Shown here in pieces: positions 10,582 through 21,847 of a stretch of 64,000 nucleotides of DNA. The stretch's first letter is position 1. The number at the start of each line of letters is the position of its first letter. The notes beneath the pieces were generated by a model, which saw only the letters and a program-made list of their open reading frames with translations, was not told the origin of the DNA and made no database searches. The stretch covers positions 23,055 through 87,054 of the forward strand of contig CABZFV010000003.1 in the NCBI GenBank assembly GCA_902525075.1, written 5' to 3'. Both the position numbers and the translations under genes were made by a program. Origin of the DNA: an uncultured Prochlorococcus sp. GTDB lineage: Bacteria; Cyanobacteriota; Cyanobacteriia; PCC-6307; Cyanobiaceae.

Positions 10582-11370
10582 ATTATTAATTTTAGGTAAG
10601 TTTTCTAAATTACCTCTCCAAAATAAATCTGGTTCTACAGGTGTAAGAGATATTTTATTTTCTTGTATTTGCGATACATCACTAGGCCAATTCTTAGGCC
10701 CATAACCTTTTGATTTAAGATCTAGAACAACCTCACCTGCTAACCAATAATAATCATCACCCCTAGGGTCTTCCCTTTTGGAAAATTGATTTTTATATTT
10801 TCTTACCGATAATCTTGTCCAGGATAATTCTTTTATTTTGTTTTTTTCGCAGGGGGGGATGTTCAAATTTAATAAAAGTGAAGCTGGCCAACTATCGTTA
10901 ATTGCTTGTTCGGCAATATTCATTGCAATTTCTCCAGCAAATTCAAAATTCTTCCATTTAAAACTAGCAACACTTATTGCCATGGAGGGAACATTTTCTA
11001 AAGTGCCTTCCATAGCTGCTGCGACTGTGCCTGAACAAAAAATATCTGTCCCTAAATTGGGCCCGTGATTTATTCCTGATAGTATTAAATCAGGTTTATG
11101 ATCCAAAAGTTCAGATAGTGCTAATTTGACACAATCAGCAGGTGTGCCGGAACATCCCCAAGCTTCAATTCCTTCTCCAAATAATTCATCAGCTTTTTCC
11201 ACTCTTAATGGGGATTGTAAAGTTAGACCATGACCAGTAGCTGATCTTTCTTGGTCAGGACATACTACTTTTACCTTATGTCCTCTTTTTTGGGCTGATT
11301 TTGCTAAAGCTCTTATCCCTGCTGCGAAAACACCATCATCATTGCTAATTAATATATTTAACGGTTTCAT
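10561..11370 (-). CDS. surE: 5'/3'-nucleotidase SurE
   Basis: [30 protein letters not shown]. Confidence 0.96.
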   Translation of the reverse strand: MKPLNILISNDDGVFAAGIRALAKSAQKRGHKVKVVCPDQERSATGHGLTLQSPLRVEKADELFGEGIEAWGCSGTPADCVKLALSELLDHKPDLILSGINHGPNLGTDIFCSGTVAAAMEGTLENVPSMAISVASFKWKNFEFAGEIAMNIAEQAINDSWPASLLLNLNIPPCEKNKIKELSWTRLSVRKYKNQFSKREDPRGDDYYWLAGEVVLDLKSKGYGPKNWPSDVSQIQENKISLTPVEPDLFWRGNLENLPKINNSFVNPS

Positions 11371-11438
11371 TAATCAATACATTTTATTTATGGACGATAT
11401 TTAAGTAAGATAAAGTAATACTTATTTTTACTATATCA

Positions 11439-12446
11439 GTGAGTCAAATTGAATCATTAAGTCAAATTGAGGAAAAACTAAATAATCTTTCTCTAATAGC
11501 AAAAAATAATATAAATAATTCTAATACTCATGAAGAACTGGATCAATTGAGAGTTTCCTTGCTAGGGAAAAAAGGTGATTTATCAATTATCTTGAAAACA
11601 ATGGGTCAATTATCTGCTACTGATAGACCAATTATTGGACAGAAGGCAAATTTAATAAAGATAAATTTGCAAGAACTAATAACTGAGAGAAAAAATACAC
11701 TAGACAGCGAAGCCCTGGATAAAAAGATTAAAAAAGAAAAAATTGATGTAACTATCCCCTCAATTGGAACTCCCCCTGGGAATAAACATCCTTTGGTTTC
11801 AACACAAGAAGAAATAATAGATATTTTTTGTGGTTTAGGATACTCAGTTGAAAGTGGCCCTGAAATAGAAACTGATTTTTATAATTTTGAGTCTCTCAAC
11901 ATACCCAAAAATCATCCCGCAAGAGATATGCAGGATACTTTCTACTTAGATGAAAATCGACTTTTGAGGACCCATACTTCTCCTGTTCAGATAAGGTACT
12001 TAGAGAAAAATCCCCCTCCAGTAAGAATTATTGCTCCCGGGAGAGTATATAGAAGAGATGCAGTAGATGCTACCCATTCCCCTGTATTTAATCAGGTTGA
12101 GGTTTTATGTATCGATCAAGATATTAATTTTAGTCATTTAAGGGGAACAGTTCTTACATTTTTAAAGACCTTTTTTGGAGATATTCCTGTAAGATTTAGA
12201 GCAAGTTATTTCCCATTTACTGAACCTTCAGCAGAAGTAGACGTTCAGTGGAAAGGTAAATGGTTAGAAGTAATGGGCTGCGGAATGGTTGATCCAAAGG
12301 TCCTAGAAAAATTAGGAATAGATTCTGAGAAATGGACTGGTTTTGCAGCAGGATTAGGAGTTGAGAGATTTTGTATGGTGAGACATCAGATCGATGACAT
12401 CAGAAAGTTTTACACAAATGATATTAGATTCTTAGAACAGTTCTAA
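11439..12446 (+). CDS. pheS: Phenylalanine-tRNA ligase alpha subunit
   Basis: [31 protein letters not shown]. Confidence 0.98.
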   Translation: MSQIESLSQIEEKLNNLSLIAKNNINNSNTHEELDQLRVSLLGKKGDLSIILKTMGQLSATDRPIIGQKANLIKINLQELITERKNTLDSEALDKKIKKEKIDVTIPSIGTPPGNKHPLVSTQEEIIDIFCGLGYSVESGPEIETDFYNFESLNIPKNHPARDMQDTFYLDENRLLRTHTSPVQIRYLEKNPPPVRIIAPGRVYRRDAVDATHSPVFNQVEVLCIDQDINFSHLRGTVLTFLKTFFGDIPVRFRASYFPFTEPSAEVDVQWKGKWLEVMGCGMVDPKVLEKLGIDSEKWTGFAAGLGVERFCMVRHQIDDIRKFYTNDIRFLEQF

Positions 12447-12517
12447 ACGTATTTAATTCTTAAATTAGGTTTGACAAGCAAATTAGTTTAATATAGTCCT
12501 AGTTTTTAATTTTTTGA

Positions 12518-13426
12518 TTGGTACGTAAAGCTGGACTAATTGTTAATGATGGAAAGGAACTAGCTGTTAAGACTGCAACTTCTGTGCAAAAAAAATTAGA
12601 AAAATCTAATTTTGAAGTTGTAAGAGTTAGTAGTTCTGGGGGGATGGTTGGTTTCGCAAATCCTGATCAACACGTTCGTCCCTTGGGATATAAGAATTGC
12701 GTTCCCGAGGGGTTTGATTCATCAATGGAATTTGCAATTGTTCTTGGGGGAGATGGGACTGTGCTTTCTGCTGCAAGGCAAACAGCACCTGCTAAAATTC
12801 CAATTCTTACAATAAATACCGGTCATTTAGGATTTCTTGCTGAAGCTTATTTATCTAACCTAGACGAGGCTATAGATAAAATAATTGCTGGAAATTGGGA
12901 TATTGAAGAAAGAACTTGTTTTATAATTAGCGTAATGAGGAATGATCAGAGGAGATGGGAGTCTCTCTGCCTTAATGAGATGGCTCTTCATAGAGAACCT
13001 CTAACAAGTATGTGTCACTTTGAGATTTCTATAGGGAGACATGCTCCTGTGGATATTTCAGCTGATGGAGTAATTTTATCTACTCCAACTGGTTCTACCG
13101 CTTATTCTCTAAGTGCTGGAGGACCAGTTATCACGCCAGATTGTCCAGTAGTGCAATTAACTCCAATTGCTCCACATTCATTAGCGTCTAGGGCATTGGT
13201 TTTTAATGATTCAGAGCCAGTAACTGTTTTTCCCGCAACTCCTGAAAGGTTAGTAATGGTTGTTGATGGAAATGCTGGTTGTTATGTTTGGCCTGAAGAT
13301 AGAGTTTTAATAAGAAAAAGTGAACACTCAGTAAAATTTATTAGACTTGAAGATCACGAATTTTTCCAAGTTTTAAGAAATAAACTAGGTTGGGGTTTGC
13401 CCCATGTTGCTAAACCTGACAAATGA
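12518..13426 (+). CDS. nadK: NAD kinase
   Basis: [26 protein letters not shown]. Confidence 0.96.
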   Translation: MVRKAGLIVNDGKELAVKTATSVQKKLEKSNFEVVRVSSSGGMVGFANPDQHVRPLGYKNCVPEGFDSSMEFAIVLGGDGTVLSAARQTAPAKIPILTINTGHLGFLAEAYLSNLDEAIDKIIAGNWDIEERTCFIISVMRNDQRRWESLCLNEMALHREPLTSMCHFEISIGRHAPVDISADGVILSTPTGSTAYSLSAGGPVITPDCPVVQLTPIAPHSLASRALVFNDSEPVTVFPATPERLVMVVDGNAGCYVWPEDRVLIRKSEHSVKFIRLEDHEFFQVLRNKLGWGLPHVAKPDK

Positions 13427-13439
13427 AAATTATTAAAAT

Positions 13440-14717
13440 TTATTTTTTCCCTTTTAATAGAAAAACAGGATTATTTGGTTCTAGTCTCATCCCCTCCCCA
13501 ATACTTAAGCTTTTATAGGTCTGAATTAAATTTAAATTTGTTTTGAAATTTTTATCTTCTAATCCCTCTTTCAATTCTTTAATAGTTTGAATATCAATTA
13601 TTGGGATAACGATAATGTCTCCAATATTCATACCTTGAGCTAGTTTATTAATAATCTGGAGTTTAGTTTTTTTATCGCATCCTCCAATTATTAATCTATT
13701 AGGTTTTACAAGAGAACTTAAATTATTCTTATTCAAGGTGTAATTTATGTCTTCTTCAAGAATACATTTTGGTTTCACTTTAAGCCTTTTCGAGTTTTCT
13801 AGTATTAATCCTTTTGAGCCAATCCTTTTATCGATACAAAACAAATCTAAATTAGGCCTTAATTTTAATGCCTCTAACCCAATTGACCCACAACCTGCCC
13901 CTATATCCCAGATGACACCATTTGTTGGGAGCTCTAAGGCAGCTAATATTTGAACGCGAACCTCCCTTTTAGTTAATAAGTTTGGTCTATCATCAAAAGT
14001 CTTAAATATATGGTCACTGATTCCGAAAAGAGGGAGATTATCATTTGAGTAATTTTTCTTTGTTTTTGTAAGAACAACAATATTCAAACTTGATATATCG
14101 GAGGGTAATGATTCTTTAAGATTTAATTTTCTTATATTTTCTTTGTCGAAGCCTATTTCTTCACAGAGCCAAAAATCATAGAAGTCAATCAGATTTAATT
14201 CTGATAAGTTTTCTTTGATTATTTCTAAACTCTTATTATTTGAATCTGTAATAATAGACAAACTGGAAGGCCTTGCTTTTAGAGCTTCAACTAATTTAGA
14301 AGTATCTCTGCCGTGAATACTTACATTAACAGTATCTTGCCAAGGAATCTTCAACTTACTAAATGCTAATTGAATGCAAGTATTTGAAGGGTAGAACCTT
14401 AAATCATCTTTTGAAAAATTTTCTAGTAATATTCTCCCAATTCCAAACCAAAGTGGATCTCCTCTAGAAATTAAAATAACATCAGTTTTTTGAGATCTAA
14501 GCCAGTTAATAAGTTCGTTATTACTTTTGCTCAAAAATAATGATTTATTTTTTAATAAACAATTTTCGCTCCATGATTTAATTTCTTCAAAATATGAATT
14601 TGGAATTGCAATATTTTCTGTTTCTAAAAATAGATTTTGTAATGTTGAAGAAAGATCCTCAAATTTATAAGAATTTATCCCAATTACATGAATTTTTTTA
14701 TTAACTACAGTCATCAA
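13440..14717 (-). CDS. cobL: Bifunctional precorrin-6Y methyltransferase CbiE/CbiT (CobL)
   Basis: GDPLWFGIG, SIHGR, TKREVR, WDIGAGCGSIG. Confidence 0.92.
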   Translation of the reverse strand: MMTVVNKKIHVIGINSYKFEDLSSTLQNLFLETENIAIPNSYFEEIKSWSENCLLKNKSLFLSKSNNELINWLRSQKTDVILISRGDPLWFGIGRILLENFSKDDLRFYPSNTCIQLAFSKLKIPWQDTVNVSIHGRDTSKLVEALKARPSSLSIITDSNNKSLEIIKENLSELNLIDFYDFWLCEEIGFDKENIRKLNLKESLPSDISSLNIVVLTKTKKNYSNDNLPLFGISDHIFKTFDDRPNLLTKREVRVQILAALELPTNGVIWDIGAGCGSIGLEALKLRPNLDLFCIDKRIGSKGLILENSKRLKVKPKCILEEDINYTLNKNNLSSLVKPNRLIIGGCDKKTKLQIINKLAQGMNIGDIIVIPIIDIQTIKELKEGLEDKNFKTNLNLIQTYKSLSIGEGMRLEPNNPVFLLKGKK

Positions 14718-14797
14718 TATTTAATGAAATGGAACTAAATTGTTTGAATGTTTTATTAAATTATCTTATTATTATTCGAGTTATAATAGTAAGTTAA

Positions 14798-15049
14798 TTG
14801 TCTGAAAGGAGAAAGAGATTACATGATTTATTGTTAACTCTGATTAATAAAGATTGTGAGTTTGAGTTTATTGAACAAGATTCTAGCGATTTAACATCCA
14901 ACTATTCTGAAAAAGACACTTTGAATTTATCTCGAGTTATAGAAAAAAATCGTAAAATAATCAAAAGATATCAAGCTATTGTAAGAACAGCTGTAACTCT
15001 TGATGCCCTGATGGATTCTGAAAATGAAGAAAATTACAAAATCAAATAA
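14798..15049 (+). CDS. Conserved hypothetical protein
   Basis: 83-aa ORF heading the DUF3122-ribD run. Confidence 0.7.
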   Translation: MSERRKRLHDLLLTLINKDCEFEFIEQDSSDLTSNYSEKDTLNLSRVIEKNRKIIKRYQAIVRTAVTLDALMDSENEENYKIK

Positions 15050-15524
15050 AAATATTTTTTTAAAAAGAATATTACCTTTACTTTTATTACTATCCTTTAT
15101 TTTTAACCCATTAAAAGTATCAGCAGAAGTTGCAGAAACAGAAATAAATGGTGAATTAATAAATGCTAGCAGTGAGTTCTTAAGGGACTTGGACTTTGAA
15201 ACTTGGCAATTAGTAGCTTATAAATCACCTCTTTTTGAAGATAAATTGATCTTGAGAGTAATAGGATATCCAGGAAATCTCAGGATTGATCATCCTACTG
15301 ACTTGATGGTCGAATCAGGTAGGAAACAGTGGCTTTTAGATGATAAAACATTACTTAATGTGGAATTAGCAAATGATGGAAGACAAGCTGCAGCAGAATT
15401 CGATCTTGATGAATTGATTAAGAATTTAGATAAAAATAGACCATTAAGATTATCTTTGTCAGGAGTTTTTTCTGAGTTACCTGTTCCTCCTTTCGTTGTT
15501 AAAGAGTGGAGATCAATAAACTGA
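15024..15524 (+). CDS. DUF3122-like exported protein
   Basis: Signal peptide; LRDLD..TWQLV, LRVIGYPG, DHP, VKEW. Confidence 0.8.
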   Translation: MKKITKSNKNIFLKRILPLLLLLSFIFNPLKVSAEVAETEINGELINASSEFLRDLDFETWQLVAYKSPLFEDKLILRVIGYPGNLRIDHPTDLMVESGRKQWLLDDKTLLNVELANDGRQAAAEFDLDELIKNLDKNRPLRLSLSGVFSELPVPPFVVKEWRSIN

Positions 15525-15533
15525 ATTTGATTT

Positions 15534-16634
15534 TTGGAGATGTCTAAAAAAAATTTAAGTCATACAAAATGGATGAAAAGAGCAATTTTTTTGGCTTCTT
15601 TAGGCAAAAACACAACGAGTCCCAACCCCAGGGTGGGAGCAGTGATACTTGATAAGAATGGAAGCCTTATTTCAGAAGGGTTTCATTTCAAGGCAGGGAT
15701 GCCTCATGCAGAAGCAATGGCTTTTAATAATTTAAAAAAGGATGCTAAAGGTGGAACAATGTATGTGAATCTTGAACCTTGTTGCCATCAAGGTAAAACA
15801 CCTCCATGTGTAGATAAGGTGATATCTTCTGGGTTAAAAAAAGTATATATATCTATTGAAGACCCTGATAAAAGAGTATCTGGTAAAGGTATTAGGCTTC
15901 TAAAAGAAGCTGGAATACAAGTTCACTTGGGATTATGTGAAAAAGAATCCTTAGATCTAAATAAGGCTTTCATTCATAGGAATACTTCTCAAAAGGCATT
16001 TGGTGTTCTTAAATGGGCAATGAGTATAGATGGAAGAATAGCTTTAAAAAATGGAAAAAGTAAATGGATTACTAATGATAAATCAAGGTCACTAGTTCAT
16101 TCTTTTAGAGCAGAATTTGATGCAATAATCATTGGGGGAAACACCTTAAGAAGAGACAACCCACTTTTGACTACTAGAGGTTCCAAAAATCCTGAGCCTC
16201 TGCGAGTTGTTTTTACAAAAAGTTTAGATCTTCCTTCAAAATCTAATCTTTGGGATTGTAGTAATGCAAAAACTTTAGTTATTTATGATTCTTCTTCAGC
16301 AAATGAAAATTACCTCTCAAGGATTCCAAAATGTGTTGAGGTTGAAAAGGTATCATCTGATAATCCAGAGTTGATTTCAAAAATTCTTGCAAAAAGAGGA
16401 TGTAATAAAGTTCTTTGGGAATGTGGCCCGGGATTGGCTACTGCCGCTATTAAATCTAATTGTATTCAGGAACTTATTACTTTTATTGCCCCAAAAATTT
16501 TAGGTGGAGAAAATAGTATGAATCCCCTAAGTGATTTTGAATTTAGAGAAATGCACGAAATTATTAAATTAAATAATTCTCAGCTTAGTTTGATTGGAAA
16601 TGATATATTTGTTAAGAGTTCATTCAAAAATTAA
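15534..16634 (+). CDS. ribD: Riboflavin biosynthesis deaminase/reductase
   Basis: PNPRVG, HAE, LEPCCHQGKTPPC, SIDGRIA. Confidence 0.96.
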   Translation: MEMSKKNLSHTKWMKRAIFLASLGKNTTSPNPRVGAVILDKNGSLISEGFHFKAGMPHAEAMAFNNLKKDAKGGTMYVNLEPCCHQGKTPPCVDKVISSGLKKVYISIEDPDKRVSGKGIRLLKEAGIQVHLGLCEKESLDLNKAFIHRNTSQKAFGVLKWAMSIDGRIALKNGKSKWITNDKSRSLVHSFRAEFDAIIIGGNTLRRDNPLLTTRGSKNPEPLRVVFTKSLDLPSKSNLWDCSNAKTLVIYDSSSANENYLSRIPKCVEVEKVSSDNPELISKILAKRGCNKVLWECGPGLATAAIKSNCIQELITFIAPKILGGENSMNPLSDFEFREMHEIIKLNNSQLSLIGNDIFVKSSFKN

Positions 16635-16735
16635 TTGTAAAACTAATTTTTATGTGCAAAGTACCGTACGGTTCTTACCCAAAAAAAACAATACAGATAC
16701 GGAAACTCTTCGTTTAGTTTATAATAAGTTCTAAA

Positions 16736-18610
16736 TTGTTTATAACTATGCCAATAAGACAAGACGATAATCAACCTAATAAAAGATTTGGAATTATAAA
16801 TATCATTTTGATAGGAGTTGGAGCATTGCTTTTATTCAGCAGCCTTTTCCCTAATCAAAATATGCAAATTCCCAGAGTTCCTTATTCTTTATTTATAGAT
16901 CAAGTTAATGATGGTGAAGTTAAGCGTGCATATATCACTCAAGAACAGATTAGATATGAGTTAAATGGAGCTGAAGAAGGCGCCCCATCTGTTTTAGCAA
17001 CTACTCCAATTTTTGATATGGACCTTCCACAAAGGTTAGAAAGCAAAGGGGTGGAATTCGCTGCCGCACCTCCCAAAAAACCTAATTTTTTCTCAACTAT
17101 TTTGAGTTGGGTTGTTCCACCTTTAATTTTTATTCTCGTTTTGCAATTCTTCGCTAGAAGAAGTATGGGTGGAGGAGGTGCACAGGGTGCTCTTAGTTTT
17201 ACTAAAAGTAAAGCAAAGGTTTACGTCCCCGATGATGAATCAAAAGTAACATTTGCTGATGTGGCTGGCGTTGATGAAGCTAAGGACGAATTAACTGAAA
17301 TAGTTGATTTTCTAAAAAAACCTGAGAGATACACAGATATTGGTGCGCGAATACCAAAAGGGGTGCTTCTTGTGGGACCTCCAGGAACGGGTAAAACTCT
17401 TCTATCGAAAGCTGTTGCCGGAGAAGCAGAAGTTCCTTTCTTTATAATTTCAGGTTCTGAATTTGTTGAGCTTTTTGTCGGTGCAGGAGCTGCAAGAGTG
17501 AGAGATTTGTTTGAACAAGCAAAGAAAAAAGCTCCATGCATTATTTTTATTGATGAATTGGATGCTATTGGTAAAAGTCGTTCTGGATCTATGGGAGTCG
17601 TTGGAGGTAATGATGAAAGAGAACAAACATTAAATCAACTTCTCACCGAAATGGATGGCTTTGCCTCTACAGATAAGCCAGTTATAGTTCTTGCTGCTAC
17701 TAATCAACCTGAAGTTCTAGATGCCGCTCTACTAAGACCTGGAAGATTTGATAGGCAAGTATTAGTTGATAGACCAGATTTGTCCGGTAGAAAAACTATA
17801 TTAGAGATCTATACCAAAAAGGTTAAATTAGCTGATTCAATTGACTTGGACTCTATTGCACAAGCTACTAGTGGGTTCGCTGGAGCCGATTTAGCTAACA
17901 TGGTAAATGAGGCAGCTTTACTTGCCGCTAGAGCTAAAAGGACAAGTGTAGAACAACAAGATTTGAGCGAAGCTATAGAAAGAGTCGTGGCTGGATTGGA
18001 AAAGAAGAGTCGTGTTTTGCAAGATGATGAAAAGAAAGTTGTTGCTTATCACGAAGTCGGCCATGCTATAGTTGGCCATCTTATGCCAGGAGGTTCAAAA
18101 GTTGCAAAGATCTCAATTGTACCAAGAGGTATGAGTGCACTTGGTTATACTCTTCAATTGCCAACAGAAGAAAGATTTTTGAATTCTAAAGAGGAATTAA
18201 AAGGACAAATAGCTACACTTCTTGGAGGAAGATCAGCAGAAGAGGTTGTTTTTGGGAAGATTACTACGGGAGCCTCAAATGACTTACAAAGAGCAACTGA
18301 TATAGCAGAACAAATGGTCGGTACATTTGGAATGAGTGATATTCTTGGTCCTCTTGCTTATGACAAGCAAGGTGGAGGTCAGTTCTTAGGAAATGGAAAT
18401 AATCCAAGAAGATCTGTTAGTGATGCTACTGCTCAAGCAATAGACAAAGAAGTTAGAGATTTAGTTGATGATGCACATGAAACAGCGCTTAATATTTTGA
18501 GGAATAATTTACCTCTTCTTGAATCGATTTCTCAAAAAATTCTTCAAGAAGAGGTTATAGAGGGTGAGGATCTTAAAACCCTCTTAGCAGAGAGTAAAAT
18601 GCCTGCATAG
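16736..18610 (+). CDS. ftsH: ATP-dependent zinc metalloprotease FtsH
   Basis: Two TM segments, [24 protein letters not shown]. Confidence 0.98.
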   Translation: MFITMPIRQDDNQPNKRFGIINIILIGVGALLLFSSLFPNQNMQIPRVPYSLFIDQVNDGEVKRAYITQEQIRYELNGAEEGAPSVLATTPIFDMDLPQRLESKGVEFAAAPPKKPNFFSTILSWVVPPLIFILVLQFFARRSMGGGGAQGALSFTKSKAKVYVPDDESKVTFADVAGVDEAKDELTEIVDFLKKPERYTDIGARIPKGVLLVGPPGTGKTLLSKAVAGEAEVPFFIISGSEFVELFVGAGAARVRDLFEQAKKKAPCIIFIDELDAIGKSRSGSMGVVGGNDEREQTLNQLLTEMDGFASTDKPVIVLAATNQPEVLDAALLRPGRFDRQVLVDRPDLSGRKTILEIYTKKVKLADSIDLDSIAQATSGFAGADLANMVNEAALLAARAKRTSVEQQDLSEAIERVVAGLEKKSRVLQDDEKKVVAYHEVGHAIVGHLMPGGSKVAKISIVPRGMSALGYTLQLPTEERFLNSKEELKGQIATLLGGRSAEEVVFGKITTGASNDLQRATDIAEQMVGTFGMSDILGPLAYDKQGGGQFLGNGNNPRRSVSDATAQAIDKEVRDLVDDAHETALNILRNNLPLLESISQKILQEEVIEGEDLKTLLAESKMPA

Positions 18611-18638
18611 TAGAATTTAGGTTTCCGTATAAAGTTAG

Positions 18639-19565
18639 ATGTTAAAACCTATCAAGCTTGCAAGTAAAAATTTTTTATCAAGCTTGGATACCTCAAGTGA
18701 AGAATTTCTTCATATTTTAGAGTTAGCGAAAAATTTTAAAAATAAAGATCTAAATATAAAACTCAAAGAAAAAGTTTTAGGTTTAATTTTTGATAAGTCA
18801 TCAACTCGGACCAGAGTTAGTTTCCAGGTGGCAATGTCAAGACTTGGCGGTACTACAGTTGATCTAAATCCTACTACTTCACAAATTGGGAGGGGAGAGC
18901 CAATTAGAGATACAGCAAGAGTACTAAGTAAATACTGCGATGTTCTTGCAATAAGAACATTTAAACAAACTGATTTAGAAGAGTATGCAAAATGGTCCTC
19001 TAAGCCAGTTATTAATGCTCTTACTGATTTAGAACATCCTTGTCAGGCATTAGCTGATTTAATGACAATTCAAGAAGAATTTCTTGATTTTAAAGATGTA
19101 GTTTTGACATTTATTGGAGACGGTAATAACGTCGCAAATTCTCTTATTTTATGTGGCGCGTTATTAGGAGTAGAAGTTAGGATTGCGTGTCCTAAAGGTT
19201 ATGAACCTAACTCGTTTTTGATAGATAAAGCATATGAAATATATAAAAATAAGAATTTGTTGAAAATCACTAACGATCCCAATACTGCTGTTTTAGGAGC
19301 AAATGTTCTTTATACAGATGTTTGGTCATCTATGGGTGAAGAAAATCAAAAAAATGAGAAAGAAAAAGTTTTTAGTGGTTTCACTATTAACAGTGATTTA
19401 GTTAGTAAGGCTGATAAAGATGCAATTATTCTTCACTGCCTTCCTGCGTATAGATCCAAAGAGATAACTGATGAAATATTTGAAAGTCAGAAAAGTAGAA
19501 TTTTTGTACAAGCTGAAAATAGAATGCATGTGCAACAAGCCCTCTTGGCTTGCTTGCTGTCATGA
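18639..19565 (+). CDS. argF: Ornithine carbamoyltransferase
   Basis: SSTRTR, HPCQ, HCLP. Confidence 0.97.
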   Translation: MLKPIKLASKNFLSSLDTSSEEFLHILELAKNFKNKDLNIKLKEKVLGLIFDKSSTRTRVSFQVAMSRLGGTTVDLNPTTSQIGRGEPIRDTARVLSKYCDVLAIRTFKQTDLEEYAKWSSKPVINALTDLEHPCQALADLMTIQEEFLDFKDVVLTFIGDGNNVANSLILCGALLGVEVRIACPKGYEPNSFLIDKAYEIYKNKNLLKITNDPNTAVLGANVLYTDVWSSMGEENQKNEKEKVFSGFTINSDLVSKADKDAIILHCLPAYRSKEITDEIFESQKSRIFVQAENRMHVQQALLACLLS

Positions 19566-19590
19566 TTAACTTGCACATTGCTTAGAAAAA

Positions 19591-19606
19591 GGGTACAAAT
19601 GTATTA
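19591..19606 (+). promoter_or_regulatory. Probable LexA (SOS) box, autoregulatory
   Basis: GGGTACAAATGTATTA resembles cyanobacterial RGTAC-N3-DGTWCB; ends 15 bp before lexA start. Confidence 0.65.
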
Positions 19607-19621
19607 GTTAATATTTATTTT

Positions 19622-20239
19622 GTGGAAACTACAACTGATAAAAAACTTACAGATGCTCAACTTGAATTGTATGAATGGATCAAAAACTATATGAAAGACT
19701 TTCAACATAGTCCTTCTATAAGGCAAATGATGTCAGCGATGCGATTGAAATCTCCTGCTCCAATTCAAAGTCGCTTAAAACATCTTCAAGATAAAGGATT
19801 TATTTCATGGCAAGAGGGTAAAGCTAGAACTCTGCAAATTGTTGATGAAGTCATTAATGGAGTTCCTATTATGGGATCAATTGCAGCTGGTGGATTAATT
19901 GAGACTTTCAATGATGTAGATTCGAATTTGGATGTATCCGATGTTTTAAGTAAAAAGAATGTTTTTGCTCTTAATGTGAACGGAGATTCTATGATAGATG
20001 CCTGCATAGCTCATGGGGATGTAGTTTTGATGGAGCCAATAGAAGATTCTTCATCTTTAGTAAATGGTGATATTGTAAGTGCTCTAGTTCCAGGCCTTGG
20101 AACAACATTAAAATATTTCTTCAAAAGAAATGGAAAAATATTCCTAGAAGCAGCTAATTCTGCATATGAAGCGATTGAGTTGAATATAGATAATGTTATG
20201 TTTCAAGGTAAATTATTGGCAGTTTGGAGGAAAATATAA
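19622..20239 (+). CDS. lexA: SOS repressor LexA
   Basis: PSIRQM wHTH, AAG cleavage site, GDSM serine, TLK lysine. Confidence 0.95.
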   Translation: METTTDKKLTDAQLELYEWIKNYMKDFQHSPSIRQMMSAMRLKSPAPIQSRLKHLQDKGFISWQEGKARTLQIVDEVINGVPIMGSIAAGGLIETFNDVDSNLDVSDVLSKKNVFALNVNGDSMIDACIAHGDVVLMEPIEDSSSLVNGDIVSALVPGLGTTLKYFFKRNGKIFLEAANSAYEAIELNIDNVMFQGKLLAVWRKI

Positions 20240-20287
20240 ATAAGGTAAAAATTTATAAGAAACTTTATATAACTATAAATATTTTTA

Positions 20288-21829
20288 TTAATCAACTGTA
20301 ATTAAACCAGAAATTTTTTCATAATAAAGTTGAATGTATGCATTAATAATCTCAATTTCTTTTAATAAGAATTTGCCTTCCTCAATAAGGATATAAATAT
20401 TTTTCGATTTCATAGTTGAAATATCTTCAAAATCTTTCACTATTGTTATTGGATTGATTTCAATTATTTTTTTAAGAAAACTTGTATCTATTTTAGATTT
20501 ATAGTTTACAAAAACCAAATCTTGACCTTTCTCTGCAATTAATTTTTTTATTAATAACTTATTTAGCTCAGGGTTGTTTTTTAGTAGGTTTTCAACGAGA
20601 TTAATATTTAATCTATTTACTATAAACTCTTTCTCATATAAAATTCCTGAAAACTTTTCCTTAATTAAGGCAATAATCATTGAAATAATCAAAGAGAAGA
20701 TTGATGAAAAGAGAACTATTTTCTTTCTTTGCGGCCATATTCTTTTTTGTTCTAGCTTTGGAGTAGAGATCATTTCCCATGCTTGTGGTGTATTTACTTG
20801 CTGCAATTTCGCAAGTTCAAGATTACTTTCAACTTGACTTAATAAAGATTCATCTCTTTTTGCAATTTTCAATAAATTTTTATATTCAATTAAAATTTCA
20901 TTAGGTCTTTTGAGTTGAGTTTTAATATTTTCAATTTTTAATTTTAAGTTGGTCAAAACATCAGAATTTGGTTTAAACTTCGATGATAATTCTGCATATT
21001 GCGCTTCATACAATTCAAGTTTGTTAAACTGTATTTTATACCTTTGACCTGCAGAAGATTCTTCAGGTACTTTGATTTTAAAATTTTCAGCGTTATTCAA
21101 TATTGAGCTTGAAATATTATTGTTATCAAAAAAGTTACTGTTATCTACAGCATATTTTCCAATTCCTGAAAACCCATCAAAATTTCCTAAATTATTTTCA
21201 ATTGAAAACTTGTTGTATCTTTTCATAGATTTTAAGGATCTTTCGCTTAAGATTTCTTTTTGCTTTTCTAAATAAAATATTGTTCTTTCTATATTTTTTA
21301 AAATGTCTCGTTTTGAATATTCTTTATATTTTTGAGAAATTAAATTTAAAGTTTTAAGAATCAATTTCTTATCATTATTTCTGTGTCTAATAAAAAGTAC
21401 ATTTGAATCTTCTTCATAATCAATATTTAACTCAGTGTTAATCCATTCTTTTAATTCCATTTTGCTTACATCTTTGCCTTTTTTTTGATATTCTTCTTTC
21501 ACAAATTCAAAAACAGGTAACATAACTAATTCACTTTTTAAGATAAGTTTTTGAGTTTCATTTTCATCATTTCCTCCAAATTTTAAACCTCCAAAATTTA
21601 AATTTTCTAAAAAACTACTATTATCTAAATTATTTTTTGGCTGATTTGTAACTATTTCAAAACCTCCTCTCCAAATTGGCTTAGCTACAAGAGAGAAAAA
21701 ACAGCCTAAAATTGTTGACAAAATCGTGATAGCAAAAATTAGTTTCTTTTCTCTAAGAAATGTTTTAAAAATTAAACTTAAATTAATTTCCTCATTATCT
21801 TCTTGATTTTTACTAAAGTTGTTATTCAT
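20288..21829 (-). CDS. Polysaccharide co-polymerase, Wzz/Wzc(GumC)-like, no recognisable kinase domain
   Basis: EEINL start, two TM segments, coiled coil, Pro-rich motif before TM2; no Walker A or Tyr cluster. Confidence 0.82.
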   Translation of the reverse strand: MNNNFSKNQEDNEEINLSLIFKTFLREKKLIFAITILSTILGCFFSLVAKPIWRGGFEIVTNQPKNNLDNSSFLENLNFGGLKFGGNDENETQKLILKSELVMLPVFEFVKEEYQKKGKDVSKMELKEWINTELNIDYEEDSNVLFIRHRNNDKKLILKTLNLISQKYKEYSKRDILKNIERTIFYLEKQKEILSERSLKSMKRYNKFSIENNLGNFDGFSGIGKYAVDNSNFFDNNNISSSILNNAENFKIKVPEESSAGQRYKIQFNKLELYEAQYAELSSKFKPNSDVLTNLKLKIENIKTQLKRPNEILIEYKNLLKIAKRDESLLSQVESNLELAKLQQVNTPQAWEMISTPKLEQKRIWPQRKKIVLFSSIFSLIISMIIALIKEKFSGILYEKEFIVNRLNINLVENLLKNNPELNKLLIKKLIAEKGQDLVFVNYKSKIDTSFLKKIIEINPITIVKDFEDISTMKSKNIYILIEEGKFLLKEIEIINAYIQLYYEKISGLITVD

Positions 21830-21847
21830 AATTTTTAAATTTACTTT